Part shown: one piece after another, positions 10,738 through 24,662 of the stretch | Position numbering within the stretch: position 1 is the first letter of the stretch | Layout: the number at the start of each line of letters is the position of its first letter | Assembly: GCA_965225945.1 (NCBI GenBank) | Contig: CBDDBZ010000038.1 | Location: forward strand, 352,001 to 416,000 | DNA from: Alphaproteobacteria bacterium | Lineage (GTDB): Bacteria; Pseudomonadota; Alphaproteobacteria; GCA-2731375 | Reading direction: 5' to 3' | DNA: 64,000 nt | The notes under the pieces: model-generated | What the model saw: only the letters and a program-made list of their open reading frames with translations | What the model was told of the DNA's origin: nothing | Databases searched by the model: none | Made by a program: the position numbers and the translations under genes

Positions 10738-11535
10738 AGGCTTCGAGAGGCTAGCCGGGCCGACGGTGATGCCGCCGTCCACGGCGAGGGCCACGCCGGT
10801 GATCATGCGGGCCTCGTCGGAGGCGAGGAAGAGGGCCGCGGCCGCGATATCCTCCGGCATCGCGATGCGGCCGAGCGGGATCTGCCGTCGCGCCGCCTCG
10901 CGCGCCGCCTGGAATTCCTCGTCCGTCCACTCTCGCGGCATGAACTAGCGCAGCATCGGGCTGTCGGTGGTCACCGGGCAGATCGCGTTGACCCGGATGG
11001 CGTAGCCCGCGAGTTCCAGCGCCAGGCTTCGCATCAGGCCGACGACGCCGTGCTTGGCCGCCGTATAGGCGCTGACGTTGGGCCGCGCGCTGATCCTCTG
11101 AATCGAGGAGGTGAAGAGGATCGCCGCGCCACCCTCGCGCGCCTTGGCCCCTTCGCGCAGCGCCGATAGCGCCGCCTGGGTCATGCGGAAGGGACCGTCC
11201 AGGTTGATGGCGATGACCCGCGCGTATTCCTGATCGTCGACCTGTGCGAAACGGCCGTGAAACGGCGCGCCGGCGTTGTTGTGGAGGATGTCGAGGCCGC
11301 CGAAGGCCTCGAGGGCCCGGGCCACCGCCGCCTCGTTCTCGGCCCGGACCGTGTGATCGGTGTGTTGATAGATGCAGGCCTTACCAAGCTCGTCGGCCAG
11401 CGCCTCGCCGGCCGCGTCGTCGATGTCGGCGATCAGCACCCGGGCACCCTCGGCGACGAAGGCCTGGGCCGTCGCCCGCCCGATCCCCGACGCACCCCCG
11501 GTCACGATCGCCACCCGTCCGTCCAACCGCGCCAT
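10735..11535 (-). pseudogene. short-chain dehydrogenase/reductase with one in-frame TAG
   Basis: [27 protein letters not shown]; TAG at 10945-10947 (PMLR*FMPRE), frame continues to IPLGRIA...[11 protein letters not shown]. Confidence 0.8.
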
Positions 11536-11674
11536 CTCGTTCTCCCTGCGTCGTGTGTCGGGGGCGAGAGTAGCAACACTTGAGCCTCGGGGGACAGCGT
11601 TTGACATGCGATTGACGGCCCCGGCCCGGCGCTCTATGTTCCGCGTCGCCCAGCGGGGCCGGGAGTGTTGTGGC

Positions 11675-11800
11675 ATGAAAGTCGTGAGTTCGCTGAAGAC
11701 GCTGAAAAAGCGCCACCGCGATTGCCGCGTGGTGCGCCGCCGCGGTCGCGTCTACGTCATCTGCAAGACCAACCGCCGATTCACGGCCCGCCAGGGCTGA
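11675..11800 (+). CDS. rpmJ: 50S ribosomal protein L36 (type B, YkgO-like)
   Basis: [41 protein letters not shown]. Confidence 0.93.
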   Translation: MKVVSSLKTLKKRHRDCRVVRRRGRVYVICKTNRRFTARQG

Positions 11801-11875
11801 GCCGGCGCGCTCCGGCGCGCATTTCCGCCGGGCCGCGTCTGCGGACGCCGCCTTTCGTCGTTTGGGGCCGGAAAA

Positions 11876-12853
11876 TTACCCCCCGAGTTCGTCCTCGATG
11901 TGGGCGGCGATGATCTCGTCCATGCTCTCGTCGGCCTTGAAGCCGAGGCGGGCGGCGCGGTCCGACCGGCTCGCCTGGGGCCAGCCGTCGACGATGGCCT
12001 GGATCGCCGGGTCGACTGCGAACCTCACTCGGCCGCGATGGCGATTGCCGGCGACTCGCGCCATCGCCTCCACCGCCTCGCCCATGGTAACCCGGATGCC
12101 GCTCAGCAGCAGGCGCCGGTTGTCGCCCAGTGCTTCCCCGCCGAGCTCGTGCATGTGGTGGAAGGCCTCGACCACGCGGCGGGGCGAGAGGATCGCCATC
12201 GCGCTCTCGGGCCTCACCGGGCAGGTGGTGTCGATGCCGGCCAAGGGCTCGCGGATGATCGAGGAGGCGAAGCCGGAGGCCGCCTTGTTCGGCTTGCCCG
12301 GGCGCACCACGATGGTCGGCAGCCGCATCGCCCGGCCGTCGATGAAGCCCTTGCGGGTGTAATCTTGGATCAGCAGCTCGCCCATCACCTTCTGCGCGCC
12401 GTAGGAGGTCTCGGGGTGAAGCGGCGTCGCATCCTCCACCAGCTTCGCCACCTCGCCGCCGTAGACCGCGATGGAGCTGGCGAAGAGCACGCGGGGCACG
12501 GTTCCCAGCGCCCGGCAGCGCTCCAGCACGGCGCGGGTGCCCTCCAGGTTGACCCGGTAGCCGAGGTCGAAATCCGCCTCCGCGCCGGCGCTGACCACGG
12601 CGGCGAGGTGGATGACGCTGCTGGTCTCGGGCCCGATCACCGCCTCGAGGCGGGCCGGGTCCCCCAGGTCGCCGGTGACCACGCGGACGCGGCCATCGTC
12701 GAATTCGCCCTCCGGCGGTGCCGTCTGGTCGAACAGCACCAGCTCTTCCAGCGCCGCCGGCCCGCCGCGCCCCGCCAGCCGCCCGGCCGCGAGCAAGCGG
12801 GCCGCGAGCTTGCGGCCGATGAAGCCGCCGCCGCCGGTGATGGTGATCTTCAT
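11876..12853 (-). CDS. denD: D-erythronate dehydrogenase-like NAD-dependent epimerase/dehydratase
   Basis: ITGGGGFIG, HLAAVVSAGAEADFDLGYRVN, SYGAQK, RPGKPNKAASGFASSIIREPL. Confidence 0.8.
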   Translation of the reverse strand: MKITITGGGGFIGRKLAARLLAAGRLAGRGGPAALEELVLFDQTAPPEGEFDDGRVRVVTGDLGDPARLEAVIGPETSSVIHLAAVVSAGAEADFDLGYRVNLEGTRAVLERCRALGTVPRVLFASSIAVYGGEVAKLVEDATPLHPETSYGAQKVMGELLIQDYTRKGFIDGRAMRLPTIVVRPGKPNKAASGFASSIIREPLAGIDTTCPVRPESAMAILSPRRVVEAFHHMHELGGEALGDNRRLLLSGIRVTMGEAVEAMARVAGNRHRGRVRFAVDPAIQAIVDGWPQASRSDRAARLGFKADESMDEIIAAHIEDELGG

Positions 12854-13064
12854 GCCTTCTCCTCCCTCGGGCCCGGGCTGGATGCTAGAGCCTGACGCGG
12901 CCCCGCGAAATCACAAGGTGTTGACGGGATCCTCCGTCCATGGCGCGGAGCGCTGTGGCGAACCAGGACGGCGCTCCGAGCGGCGACGATGGATTTCCAA
13001 ATCGACGCCGGCCGAACCGCTGCGCGGCTCCGCTCGCTCGCGACGACGGTTTTCGCGGCTCGCC

Positions 13065-13388
13065 CTATTGCGCGGTGGAGCGCGGCGTCGGGGTCAGGCG
13101 GGTGACGACCATCGCCTCGCGGTCCAGCAGCTCGGGGATCCGGGGGGCAACGTCGTTCTTCCAATAGTCGGACTGATAGACCGCCTCGTAGAGCGCCTCG
13201 CGCTGGGCCTCGCTCTCGAAGCGCCGGGTCTAGACGTAGACGCTGTCGTCCTCCTCGCCCTGGTAGGAGCCGGTGATCACCATGCCCTTGGAGACCTGGA
13301 AGGGGATGATCTCCTCCTCCATCACCTTCAACCACTCCGCCATCTTGCCGGGGCGGACCTTGTATTGCCGAAGCTCGTAGAATGCCAT
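13065..13388 (-). pseudogene. NIPSNAP family protein with one in-frame TAG (not in the ORF track)
   Basis: MAFYELRQYKVRPGKMAEW...DDSVYV*TRRFESEAQREALYEAVYQSDYW; TAG at 13230-13232 where Trp is expected. Confidence 0.8.
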
Positions 13389-13437
13389 GCGTCATCTCCC
13401 TCGTGACCCCGGCCCGGCGCCGGGTGCGGCGATAATT

Positions 13438-13704
13438 TAGAGCAAGATCCGACCATATGGGAACGTTTGATGGCGGCAAATCGGCCTCTGGGGCAGGAGC
13501 GGGGCGCCGCGCGATGCGGGGCATCGGGCAAGCGCCGCGACGCACCCCAGAGGCCGATTTGGGCCACCGAAGGCCGGGATAATTTTGGGCCGTGGCGGCG
13601 TTGCGTTCGCTCACCGATGCCCCACATCGCCGTCGCAATCGCAACGCCGCCACGGCCCAAAATTATCCCGGTCAAACGTTTCCATATGGTCGGATCATGC
13701 TCTA
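13438..13704. mobile_element. MITE-like fold-back element with 33-bp terminal inverted repeats and two internal hairpins
   Basis: TAGAGCAAGATCCGACCATATGGGAACGTTTGA (13438-13470) vs TCAAACGTTTCCATATGGTCGGATCATGCTCTA (13672-13704); inner stems 13478-13493/13545-13560 and 13574-13605/13640-13671. Confidence 0.75.
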
Positions 13705-13737
13705 GACGCCGGGCCGGACTGGCAAGCGGGCCGGCGG

Positions 13738-14244
13738 TTATTTCTTGCGGAATCGGTCGAGGGTGACGATCTTCTCGGACTCGGGCGTGGTCTCCGCCGG
13801 CTCGACGCTCGCGGGCGGCTCGCTCGTTTGTGGCTGTTCGGCGGCGGGCCCCATCGCCACCACCGGGCCACCGCCCTGGGCCTCGCCGGCGCGGTACTGG
13901 AATTGCAGGCCGAACTGCACGCTCGGGTCATGGAACGCCGTCAGCGCCCGCCACGGCACCTCCAGCCGTTCCGGCACCGAGGCGAAGGTGAGCGTGACCC
14001 CGAAGCCGGTGTCGTCCACCTCCAGCGCCCAGTACTGGTGCTGCAGCACGATTGTCATCTCGTCGGGATAGCGCCCGGCGAGGGCCTCGGAGATGGCGAC
14101 CTCGGGATCGGCGGTGCGGAAGGTGAGGTAGAAGTGGTGCTCGCCCGGCAAGCCGTCCCGGGCGGCGTGCTCCAGCGCCCGGCGGGCGACGGTGCGTAGT
14201 GCATCTTCGACCATCCGGTCGTAATGCATCCGGTCCTTGGACAT
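13738..14244 (-). CDS. sspB: ClpXP adaptor SspB (alphaproteobacterial type)
   Basis: YDRMVEDALR, GLPGEHHFYLTFRT, YPDEMTIVLQHQYW, FHDPSVQFGLQF, C-terminal KIVTLDRFRKK; adjacent to ssrA. Confidence 0.92.
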   Translation of the reverse strand: MSKDRMHYDRMVEDALRTVARRALEHAARDGLPGEHHFYLTFRTADPEVAISEALAGRYPDEMTIVLQHQYWALEVDDTGFGVTLTFASVPERLEVPWRALTAFHDPSVQFGLQFQYRAGEAQGGGPVVAMGPAAEQPQTSEPPASVEPAETTPESEKIVTLDRFRKK

Positions 14245-14289
14245 CGCCTCCCCGCGCGGCGGAACCCCCGCACGCCGAGGCGCGCGGGG

Positions 14290-14605
14290 GAAGTGGGGGG
14301 CTTCTGTTGCCCGGCGCCCCCCGAAGCCGCGCTTACCTAGCTTTTATTAGGCAGCGAGCGCCATTTCATTATCATTGGCACCTGTAGGTTTGGTCCGGTA
14401 ACGGCAGTACCATCCCGGGCACCGAGCAGGTCTTTACCACGCACGTCGATCCTATTTCGCCCCCATCAGAAACATCCCGCCGGCCGTTGCGTGAGCGCGA
14501 TTCGCGGCCGAGATGCTCTTGGTGGAGGCGCCGGGTACCGCCCCCGGGTCCGCAACGCTTATTTCACAAGCCCGTTTAGCGCCATAACCGGTCGAAACCG
14601 GTAGG
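14290..14605 (-). ncRNA. ssrA: permuted two-piece tmRNA; tag ANDNEMALAA
   Basis: Acceptor piece ends ...GGACCCGGGGGCGGTACCCGGCGCCTCCACCA (CCA at 14520); intervening segment 14465-14519; coding piece starts GGGGGCGAAATAGGATCGAC (14464); tag codons 14379-14347. Outer ends approximate. Confidence 0.93.
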
Positions 14606-14785
14606 CTGAATATAGGGGTTCGCGGGCTTTTTCGAAAGCCCCTTGCGAATCGCGGCGGGATGGCCGCGCCCTGGCGCCCACCCGGCCCTGGCGGGAGCGG
14701 CGGCGGGGCGATAGGATTCAGCCCCCAAGCCCTGCTCGGCGGAAGCGGGCATGGGGGCGGAAGCAACATCGGGGCGGAGGCGAGA

Positions 14786-15721
14786 ATGGGCCTGTCGGAC
14801 GGCCAGGAAGCGGAAATCGACGACCTCAGGGCCGCGACCCGGGCGACCCTGCGGCCGGTGGTCGAGAGCTTGGAGGAGATCCTCTACCAGGCGCTACCAG
14901 TGCTGGACCACGGCTTCGTCCGCGTCGTCGACTACATGGGCGACGATGCGGCGGTGGTGCAGGCGGCCCGGGTCTCCTACGGCCGCGGCACCCGCCAGGT
15001 GCGCGAGGATCGCGGCCTGATCCGCTATCTGCTGCGCCACCGCCACACCACGCCGTTCGAGATGTGCGAGATCAAGCTACACGTGAAGCTGCCGATCTTC
15101 GTCGCCCGCCAGTGGATCCGCCACCGCACCGCCAACGTGAACGAGTATTCCGCCCGCTATTCGGTGCTGGACGGTGAATTTTACCTGCCCGCGCCTGAGA
15201 ACTTGGCGGCGCAGTCGAGCGCCAACCGCCAGGGCCGGGGCGCGGTGCTGAGCGGGGACGAGGCGGCCCGGGTGCTGGAGATCTTGCGCGACGACGCCGC
15301 CCGGGCGCACGCCGATTATCGCGAGATGCTGAACGAGGACGACGAAGGAAACCCGATCGATCCAGCCCGCGACGGCCTGGCCCGCGAGCTGGCGCGGATC
15401 AACCTGCCGCTCGCCACCTATACCCAGTGGTACTGGAAGATCGACCTCCTCAACCTGATGCGTTTCCTGAGCCTCAGGGCCGACGCCCACGCGCAGTACG
15501 AAATCCGCGTCTATGCCGATCGGATGGTGGAGATCCTGCGGCGCTGGGTGCCGCTGACCCACGAGGCCTTCGAGGATTACGTCCTGGGCGCGGCCAGGCT
15601 CAGCCGAGGCGCGCTCGCCGCCGTCCGCCGCATGGTCGCGGGCGAGACGGTGACGCGGGAGAATAGCGGCCTGACGGGGCGGGAGTGGCGCGAGCTGGAG
15701 GCGATCCTCGGCCGCGAATGA
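14786..15721 (+). CDS. thyX: FAD-dependent thymidylate synthase
   Basis: [48 protein letters not shown]. Confidence 0.95.
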   Translation: MGLSDGQEAEIDDLRAATRATLRPVVESLEEILYQALPVLDHGFVRVVDYMGDDAAVVQAARVSYGRGTRQVREDRGLIRYLLRHRHTTPFEMCEIKLHVKLPIFVARQWIRHRTANVNEYSARYSVLDGEFYLPAPENLAAQSSANRQGRGAVLSGDEAARVLEILRDDAARAHADYREMLNEDDEGNPIDPARDGLARELARINLPLATYTQWYWKIDLLNLMRFLSLRADAHAQYEIRVYADRMVEILRRWVPLTHEAFEDYVLGAARLSRGALAAVRRMVAGETVTRENSGLTGREWRELEAILGRE

Positions 15722-15935
15722 GCCCCCCGCTCGGCGAGTTTCGCCGAGGCGCTTCGCGTGGTCGTGGTCGGAAATCGCGCTATGATAGCCACCGTGTCCA
15801 GGGGGACGTATTCGTCGGCGTGGCCGATCTGGGCGGACCCGTATGTCCGTTCGAGCCTCCTTCGTAACCTTCTGTTCTTCCAAACATCACCTTCTCAGGA
15901 TCGTGTCCCGGGAAGTGGTGTAAGAGGCGGGCGGC

Positions 15936-16445
15936 ATGAACGAAGCCCCACACGTCCTCCCCGATCTGTTGCGAGCCGGCCTCGATGTGGTGATCTGCGG
16001 CTCGGCCGCGGGCCGCCGCTCGGCCGAGGTCGGGGCCTATTACGCCGGGCCCGGCAACAAGTTTTGGCGGATCCTGGCGGAAACCGGACTGACGCCGCGT
16101 CGCCTGGCGCCCGAGGAATTCGTGATCCTGCCCGACTTCGGCATCGGCCTCACCGATCTCGCCAAGCGATATAGCGGCCCCGATGCCGGGCTGCGCGCCG
16201 GCGACGACGACGTCGCCGCCCTGCGCGCCAAGATCGAGGCGACGCGCCCCCGCGTCCTCGCCTTCAACGGCAAGCGCGCTTCGGCGCGGGTCCTGGGCAG
16301 CGCCATCGTCCATGGCCGGAGCGAAACTCGGATCGGCGAGACGGTGCTCTTTGCGCTGCCCTCGACCGCCGGTCTCGCCAGCCGCTGGTGGGACCCGGCG
16401 CCTTGGCACGATCTCGCCCGAGTGGTCCGAGACCTTCGCGCCTGA
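15936..16445 (+). CDS. mug: G/U mismatch-specific DNA glycosylase (Mug family)
   Basis: LPDLLRAGLDVVICG, YAGPGNKFW, GIGLTDL, LAFNGK, LPSTAG. Confidence 0.85.
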   Translation: MNEAPHVLPDLLRAGLDVVICGSAAGRRSAEVGAYYAGPGNKFWRILAETGLTPRRLAPEEFVILPDFGIGLTDLAKRYSGPDAGLRAGDDDVAALRAKIEATRPRVLAFNGKRASARVLGSAIVHGRSETRIGETVLFALPSTAGLASRWWDPAPWHDLARVVRDLRA

Positions 16446-16478
16446 TCCCCAATCGTTCCCCGTGGAACAGTCCCCCCG

Positions 16479-16934
16479 CTACGGATCGAGCAAATCCCGC
16501 AGCCGGCCGGCTGCGCCGCGCGCGAAGCGCAGCGTCACCTCCTTCCGCCGGCTGGCATGGAGCGGCGCCAGCTCGGCCGAGGGGCGGGCCACCTCGGCGC
16601 CGAAGCGGTCGGCCAGGATCAGGCCGTGGTCGCCCGGCAGCACGTCCGGCGGGAAGCCCTTGGGCGTGGCGAAAAAGAAACTATCGCAATAGTCCAGGTA
16701 TTCCGGCCATTTGCGGTCGGCGCGGAAGTCGGCGATGGAGCGCTTGATCTCGACGATGACGATCCGGCCCTTGGCGTCGAGGCCGGCGATATCGGCGCGC
16801 CGGCCGCCGCGAAGGCGGAACTCGGTCAGGCTCCGGTAGCCCATCCCCGCCAGCAGGCGGGCGACGCCACGGGCCAGCAGCTCGGCGCTCTCGACCGCCT
16901 GGTTACCGTTCTCGCTTTTCGCCACGTCGTTCAT
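16479..16934 (-). CDS. mmcB: MmcB family DNA repair endonuclease
   Basis: [43 protein letters not shown]. Confidence 0.88.
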   Translation of the reverse strand: MNDVAKSENGNQAVESAELLARGVARLLAGMGYRSLTEFRLRGGRRADIAGLDAKGRIVIVEIKRSIADFRADRKWPEYLDYCDSFFFATPKGFPPDVLPGDHGLILADRFGAEVARPSAELAPLHASRRKEVTLRFARGAAGRLRDLLDP

Positions 16935-16987
16935 GCCGCATTCCAACTCCGAGGGAGCGGGGCGGCCGGGATCTAGGTCGTCTGGCG

Positions 16988-17308
16988 CTACTCGGTCGTC
17001 ACCTGCTCGTGGGCGACGCTCAGCAGTTCCTCCATCTCGCGCCGGACCCGATGCTCGGAGACGTCGAGGCCCTTGGCATCCAGATCGCCCTGCACCTTTC
17101 GAAAGACGTCCTCGTCTCCCGGCTCCTCGAAGTCGGCGCGCACCACTTGCTTGGCGTAGATCACGGCATCGTCGCCGTCGAGGCCCAACAGCTCCGCCGC
17201 CCAGAGGCCGAGCAGTTTGTTGCGCCGCGCCACGACCTTGAAGTGCAGCGCCTCGTCATGCGCGTATTTCGCCTCGAAGCCCTTTTCCCGATCCTTGAAT
17301 CCACTCAT
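16988..17308 (-). CDS. DUF1476 protein (ATP synthase zeta inhibitor family)
   Basis: [18 protein letters not shown]...[17 protein letters not shown]...[15 protein letters not shown]. Confidence 0.88.
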   Translation of the reverse strand: MSGFKDREKGFEAKYAHDEALHFKVVARRNKLLGLWAAELLGLDGDDAVIYAKQVVRADFEEPGDEDVFRKVQGDLDAKGLDVSEHRVRREMEELLSVAHEQVTTE

Positions 17309-17536
17309 CTGACGTCCCTTCCTCCCTGGCTGTTCGATATAGATTTCGACCCCTCCGAAATAAACTTGCTTTGGCGCCGTTTCAACCTCATATGCGCGGT
17401 GGATCAATCCCGTGCGTCGGCGATATCGCCGTCGGGTCGACGTTGTGTTGGCTATACGCTTCGGGTATGGTCCGCCCATCATGAGGACGGGGTCCGGTCG
17501 ATGGGCCGCCCGTCCTTCTCCTTTGGGGGATATCCC

Positions 17537-18301
17537 GTGCCCAGGCGCAGAAAAGTTTATGAGGGCAAGGCCAAGGTTCTGTTCGAGGGACCGGAGCCAG
17601 GCACCCTTGTGCAGTATTTCAAGGATGACGCCACCGCCTTCAACAACCAGAAGCACGGCATCATCACCGGCAAGGGCGTGCTGAACAACCGGATCTCCGA
17701 ATACATCATGACCCGGCTGGGCGAGGTCGGCGTGCCGACCCATTTCGTGCGCCGGCTGAACATGCGCGAGCAGTTGATCCGCGAGGTGGAGATCATCCCC
17801 GTCGAGGTCATCGTGCGCAACGTCGCCGCCGGCTCGTTGAGCAAGCGGCTGGGTCTCGCCGAGGGCACGCCGTTGCCGCGCAGCATCGTCGAGTATTGCT
17901 ACAAGTCGGACGAGCTGGGCGATCCCCTGGTGACGGAAGAACACATCACCTGCTTCGGCTGGGCCTCGGCGCCGGAGCTCGACGAGATGATGTCGCTCAG
18001 CCTCCGGGTAAACGATTTCCTTTACGGCTTGTTCGTCGGCGTCGGTATTCGCCTGGTCGACTTCAAGGTGGAGTTCGGCCGGCTTTACAATGACGAGGAC
18101 GTCAGGATCGTGCTGGCCGACGAGATCAGCCCCGATTCCTGCCGGCTGTGGGATCTCGAGAGCAACGAGAAGCTCGACAAGGACCGGTTCCGCCGCGATA
18201 TGGGCGGTGTCGCCGAGGCCTATCAGGAGGTCGCGCGCCGGCTCGGCATACTGCCCGAGAGTGGGCCCCGGGACCTCAAGGGTCCGGTGGCGATGCAGTA
18301 G
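17537..18301 (+). CDS. purC: SAICAR synthetase
   Basis: [40 protein letters not shown]; GTG start. Confidence 0.95.
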   Translation: MPRRRKVYEGKAKVLFEGPEPGTLVQYFKDDATAFNNQKHGIITGKGVLNNRISEYIMTRLGEVGVPTHFVRRLNMREQLIREVEIIPVEVIVRNVAAGSLSKRLGLAEGTPLPRSIVEYCYKSDELGDPLVTEEHITCFGWASAPELDEMMSLSLRVNDFLYGLFVGVGIRLVDFKVEFGRLYNDEDVRIVLADEISPDSCRLWDLESNEKLDKDRFRRDMGGVAEAYQEVARRLGILPESGPRDLKGPVAMQ

Positions 18302-18311
18302 GCGGGTGGGC

Positions 18312-18554
18312 GTGCGCGCGCGCGTTCACATCTATCCCAAGCCGGGCGTGCTGGATCCCCAAGGCAAGGCCGTGGCCAACGCGCTTTCCGGCCTGGGCTT
18401 CGAGGGCATCGGCGAGGTCCGCCAAGGCAAGTTGATCGAGCTGGAAGTGGAAGCTCCCGACACCGAGAGCGCCAGGGCCCTAGTCGAGGAGATGTGCGAG
18501 CGGCTCTTGGCCAATAGCGTGATCGAAAATTTTCGCGTCGAGATCGAGGGGTGA
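18312..18554 (+). CDS. purS: FGAM synthase subunit PurS
   Basis: [31 protein letters not shown]. Confidence 0.93.
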   Translation: MRARVHIYPKPGVLDPQGKAVANALSGLGFEGIGEVRQGKLIELEVEAPDTESARALVEEMCERLLANSVIENFRVEIEG

Positions 18555-18612
18555 GGGCGAGCGGAGTCATCATCGCCCCGCCGCGCGCGCCTCACCTCCG
18601 GGGACCGCTGCC

Positions 18613-19296
<684 letters not shown>

Positions 19297-19303
19297 GGCG
19301 GCG

Positions 19304-21517
<2,214 letters not shown>

Positions 21518-21548
21518 GGGCAGGGCCGAGGCTTCGGAGGACGCGATC

Positions 21549-21785
21549 ATGGCGATGGATGCCGGCGAAATCGAACGCCTGATCCTCGACGCGATGCCCG
21601 ACGCGCGTGTCACCATCGAGGATCTGCGCGGCGACGGCGATCACTATGCGGCGCTCGTGGTCTCGGCTGCCTTCGAGGGCAAGAGCCGGGTACAGCAGCA
21701 CCAGATGGTCTACCAGGCCCTGCAGGGCCGAATGGGCGGTGAACTGCACGCCTTGGCGTTGCAGACCTCGACGCCGGAGAATTGA
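21549..21785 (+). CDS. bolA: BolA/IbaG family protein
   Basis: GDGDHY, FEGKSRVQQHQMVY, LHALAL. Confidence 0.9.
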   Translation: MAMDAGEIERLILDAMPDARVTIEDLRGDGDHYAALVVSAAFEGKSRVQQHQMVYQALQGRMGGELHALALQTSTPEN

Positions 21786-21837
21786 GGAGGGCCGACGCAA
21801 CCGTCGGCATGGGAATTTAAATCGAGGAGACGACAGG

Positions 21838-22176
21838 ATGAACGACGCGACGGTGCACGAACGTATCCGCCAGGACATCACCGAAAACGAGGTGGTGCTC
21901 TACATGAAGGGCACGCCGGTCTTCCCGCAGTGCGGCTTTTCCGCTACCGTGGTCGGCGTGCTGAGCCATCTCGGGATCAAGTTCAAGGGCATCGATGTCC
22001 TACAGGATCCGAGCCTTCGCCAGGGAATCAAGGAATTCTCCAACTGGCCGACGGTGCCGCAGCTCTTCGTCAAGGGCGAGTTCGTCGGCGGCTGTGACAT
22101 CGTCCGCGAGATGTTCGAGACGGGTGAGCTGCAAGCGGTGTTCGCCGAGAAGTCCGTCGCCACGGCGGAGACGTGA
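21838..22176 (+). CDS. grxD: monothiol glutaredoxin Grx4
   Basis: [25 protein letters not shown]. Confidence 0.93.
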   Translation: MNDATVHERIRQDITENEVVLYMKGTPVFPQCGFSATVVGVLSHLGIKFKGIDVLQDPSLRQGIKEFSNWPTVPQLFVKGEFVGGCDIVREMFETGELQAVFAEKSVATAET

Positions 22177-22538
22177 GGGTGGCGGCGCCACGCGACGTCG
22201 CCCGGATCGAGGACTATCACGCCCACGTCTACTTCGATGCGGCGAGCCGTGAGGCGGCCTGGGGGCTGCGCGAGGAGATCGCGGCCCGATTCGACATCGA
22301 GATGGGCCGCTTCCACGAAAAGAACGTCGGCCCGCATCCGAGGTGGAGCTATCAGGTGAAGTTCCGCCCGGACCGGTTCGACGAGATTGTGCCCTGGCTG
22401 ATGTTGAACCGGGGCGATCTGACGATCTTCCTGCATCCCAACACCGCCGACAACCTGGCTGATCATCGCGACAATCCGATCTGGATGGGCGAGAGTCTCG
22501 CAGAAGAGCTCGACCTCTCGATCTTCGACAAGGATTGA
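22173..22538 (+). CDS. DOPA 4,5-dioxygenase family protein
   Basis: [22 protein letters not shown]...DH...WMG. Confidence 0.85.
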   Translation: MRVAAPRDVARIEDYHAHVYFDAASREAAWGLREEIAARFDIEMGRFHEKNVGPHPRWSYQVKFRPDRFDEIVPWLMLNRGDLTIFLHPNTADNLADHRDNPIWMGESLAEELDLSIFDKD

Positions 22539-22725
22539 TACCAACCGAGGTAAGTCCCGGCCGGCCCTCTCCGCCGCCCAACCACATGGGATAATTCCGG
22601 CGGCCGCTCGCCCGCGTGTTTCGTTGGAGAGCGACCAAACTACCCGGATGAACCGTACGGAATTGCGAACCTCTTGACATCCCGACCGTTTCGTCGAACC
22701 TCGCGGACGCGCGTGAGGAGAGGGC

Positions 22726-23148
22726 GTGATGAACCATTGGTTGATGAAAACCGAGCCTGGGGCCTGGTCCTGGGAGGATCAGGTGGCCGCAGGCAAGGGC
22801 GGCGCCGAGTGGGATGGGGTCAGGAACCACCAGGCCAGCAACAACATGAAGGCGATGCGCAAGGGCGATCGCTGCTTCTTCTACCACTCGGTGAACGAGA
22901 AGCGGATCGTTGGCATCACCCGCGTGGTCAAGGAATATTACCCCGATCCGAGCGACGCCAGCGGCCGCTTCGGCATGGTCGACGTGGCCAGCCTGAAGGC
23001 CTTCGAGACGCCGGTGACGCTGGCCGAGATCAAGGCCGAGCCCCGGCTCGCCGAGCTGGCGCTGATCAAGCAATCTCGTCTCTCGGTGGTGCCGATTCCG
23101 GAGGACTCCTGGCGGCTCATCTGCGGGATGGGCGGCGTCAGCCCGTGA
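22726..23148 (+). CDS. EVE domain protein
   Basis: [32 protein letters not shown]. Confidence 0.9.
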   Translation: MMNHWLMKTEPGAWSWEDQVAAGKGGAEWDGVRNHQASNNMKAMRKGDRCFFYHSVNEKRIVGITRVVKEYYPDPSDASGRFGMVDVASLKAFETPVTLAEIKAEPRLAELALIKQSRLSVVPIPEDSWRLICGMGGVSP

Positions 23149-23582
23149 GCCCCCGGGCCCGACGTCCGCTGCGTCTGGTGGCGCCCCCGGCGCCGGGCGA
23201 CCGGCTTTGTCGCCTCGACGATCTCGATCCCCAGAACGGCACCCTCGGCCTCGAATGGTTTGAGGGGGACGGTCCGCGTCGCCTGGTGCTGGCGCGCCGG
23301 GGCGAGGCGGTCCACGCCTACGTGAACGAATGTCCCCATGCACTGGCGCGACTCGATACGCCGCCCGGCAACTTCCTGAGCGCGGACGGCCGGACCTTCC
23401 GCTGCAACTTCCACGGCGCCCGCTTCACCATTCGGGACGGACGCTGTTTCGCCGGTCCCTGTGTCGGCCAGTCGTTGCGCGCGGTGCCGATCCGGGTGGC
23501 GGCGGGAGAAGTGCGCCTGGCCGAGCCGGCGCGCCCGGCCCTTCGCGGCCGCCATCCCCGGAGGCGCCGCGCCACCGGGTGA
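23145..23582 (+). CDS. Rieske (2Fe-2S) ferredoxin
   Basis: NECPH...CNFHGARF...G.CFAGPC; start uncertain. Confidence 0.8.
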   Translation: MSPRARRPLRLVAPPAPGDRLCRLDDLDPQNGTLGLEWFEGDGPRRLVLARRGEAVHAYVNECPHALARLDTPPGNFLSADGRTFRCNFHGARFTIRDGRCFAGPCVGQSLRAVPIRVAAGEVRLAEPARPALRGRHPRRRRATG

Positions 23583-23620
23583 GGCCGCCGGAACCGCAGC
23601 CCTCGAGCATCGCCTCGCGC

Positions 23621-23684
23621 CTGGAGCAATATCCGAACGGATTGAACCGGTGCGGTTCAATCCGTTTGGAAAAAATTGCTCTAG
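23621..23684. repeat. 64-bp palindrome with CTGGAGCA...TGCTCTAG ends
   Basis: ctggagcaatatccgaacggattgaaccg / cggttcaatccgtttggaaaaaattgctctag; lies between convergent genes. Confidence 0.8.
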
Positions 23685-23762
23685 GGGCCGGCCGAAACGA
23701 GGTCTTGCCACGCGCGACGATTGCCGGGAGAGCCGGGCGGTCGAGACTTACGTCGATGGGTA

Positions 23763-24083
23763 TCAGTCGTTTCGTCTGGCGAAGAGCCGGCGACCGCTCC
23801 GCCGGCGGAACAGCAACAACAGGAGCGAGGCCAGGACCGCCGGCCCCAGCCAGCCAGGCCACTGCAACACCGTCACCAGCACCGGGTCCCAGAGCGCCGG
23901 GTGGACATTGCGTTGAATGCCGGCCTGCGCGAGATTGAGGCTGTCCACGTCGATCCGGAACCAGAGCTCGCCGAGCGCCACCGGGGTCCAGACGCCGGCT
24001 TCCAACGAGCGCACGATCTCCGCGCCCAGCGCCATGAAGGCGAGGGCGAAGAGGATGCGCCCGAGAACGCGGCCGACGATCAT
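23763..24083 (-). CDS. small membrane protein
   Basis: Hydrophobic termini; LGELWFRIDVDSLNLAQAGIQRNVHPALWDP. Confidence 0.7.
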   Translation of the reverse strand: MIVGRVLGRILFALAFMALGAEIVRSLEAGVWTPVALGELWFRIDVDSLNLAQAGIQRNVHPALWDPVLVTVLQWPGWLGPAVLASLLLLLFRRRSGRRLFARRND

Positions 24084-24662
24084 GCTCCCCCCTCGGGCGG
24101 CATCGCCCCGTTCTCGGCTGGAATTGTCGAAGCATTCATCGCTGTTTTCGCAGGCTATGCGGCCTCCATGCCGGCTTCAAGGGTGGCGTGTTTGCGACGT
24201 TGCAGCGTATGGCATTCCGGCGCCAGCCGGTGGCGGCCCACCGGCCGGGACGGGGCGCCGTCCGTCTCCTTCCGCCTTGTCGACTTCCGGCCTTTCATCT
24301 TTCGGCCACTCGGCGCAGAATAGAATAAGATTATAATGCGCGGGCGCTCGTGTGGCGTCGGGAGAGCCATATGCCCAAAATCGTCTGTCCCCGCTGCGGC
24401 GCCTCGGTCTTCGCGGTCTCGCAAAGATACACGGTGGAACTTCGGGGCAGCAGCGGCATCGCGGCCTGCCCGGTTCTGGCGCCGCTCGGCGAAGACGCCG
24501 AAATCGACGACGTTCTGGAATGCCCGGACATGGAACGCGCGGTCGATGCGACGATCAGCAAGCTCACCGACACGCCGGCCGTCGTAATCTGGCCGCGCGA
24601 CGATGGCGAGCATCGCAATTTCATGCGCTGGGAGCCGTTGAACGGCATCTTGACCTCCGGAC

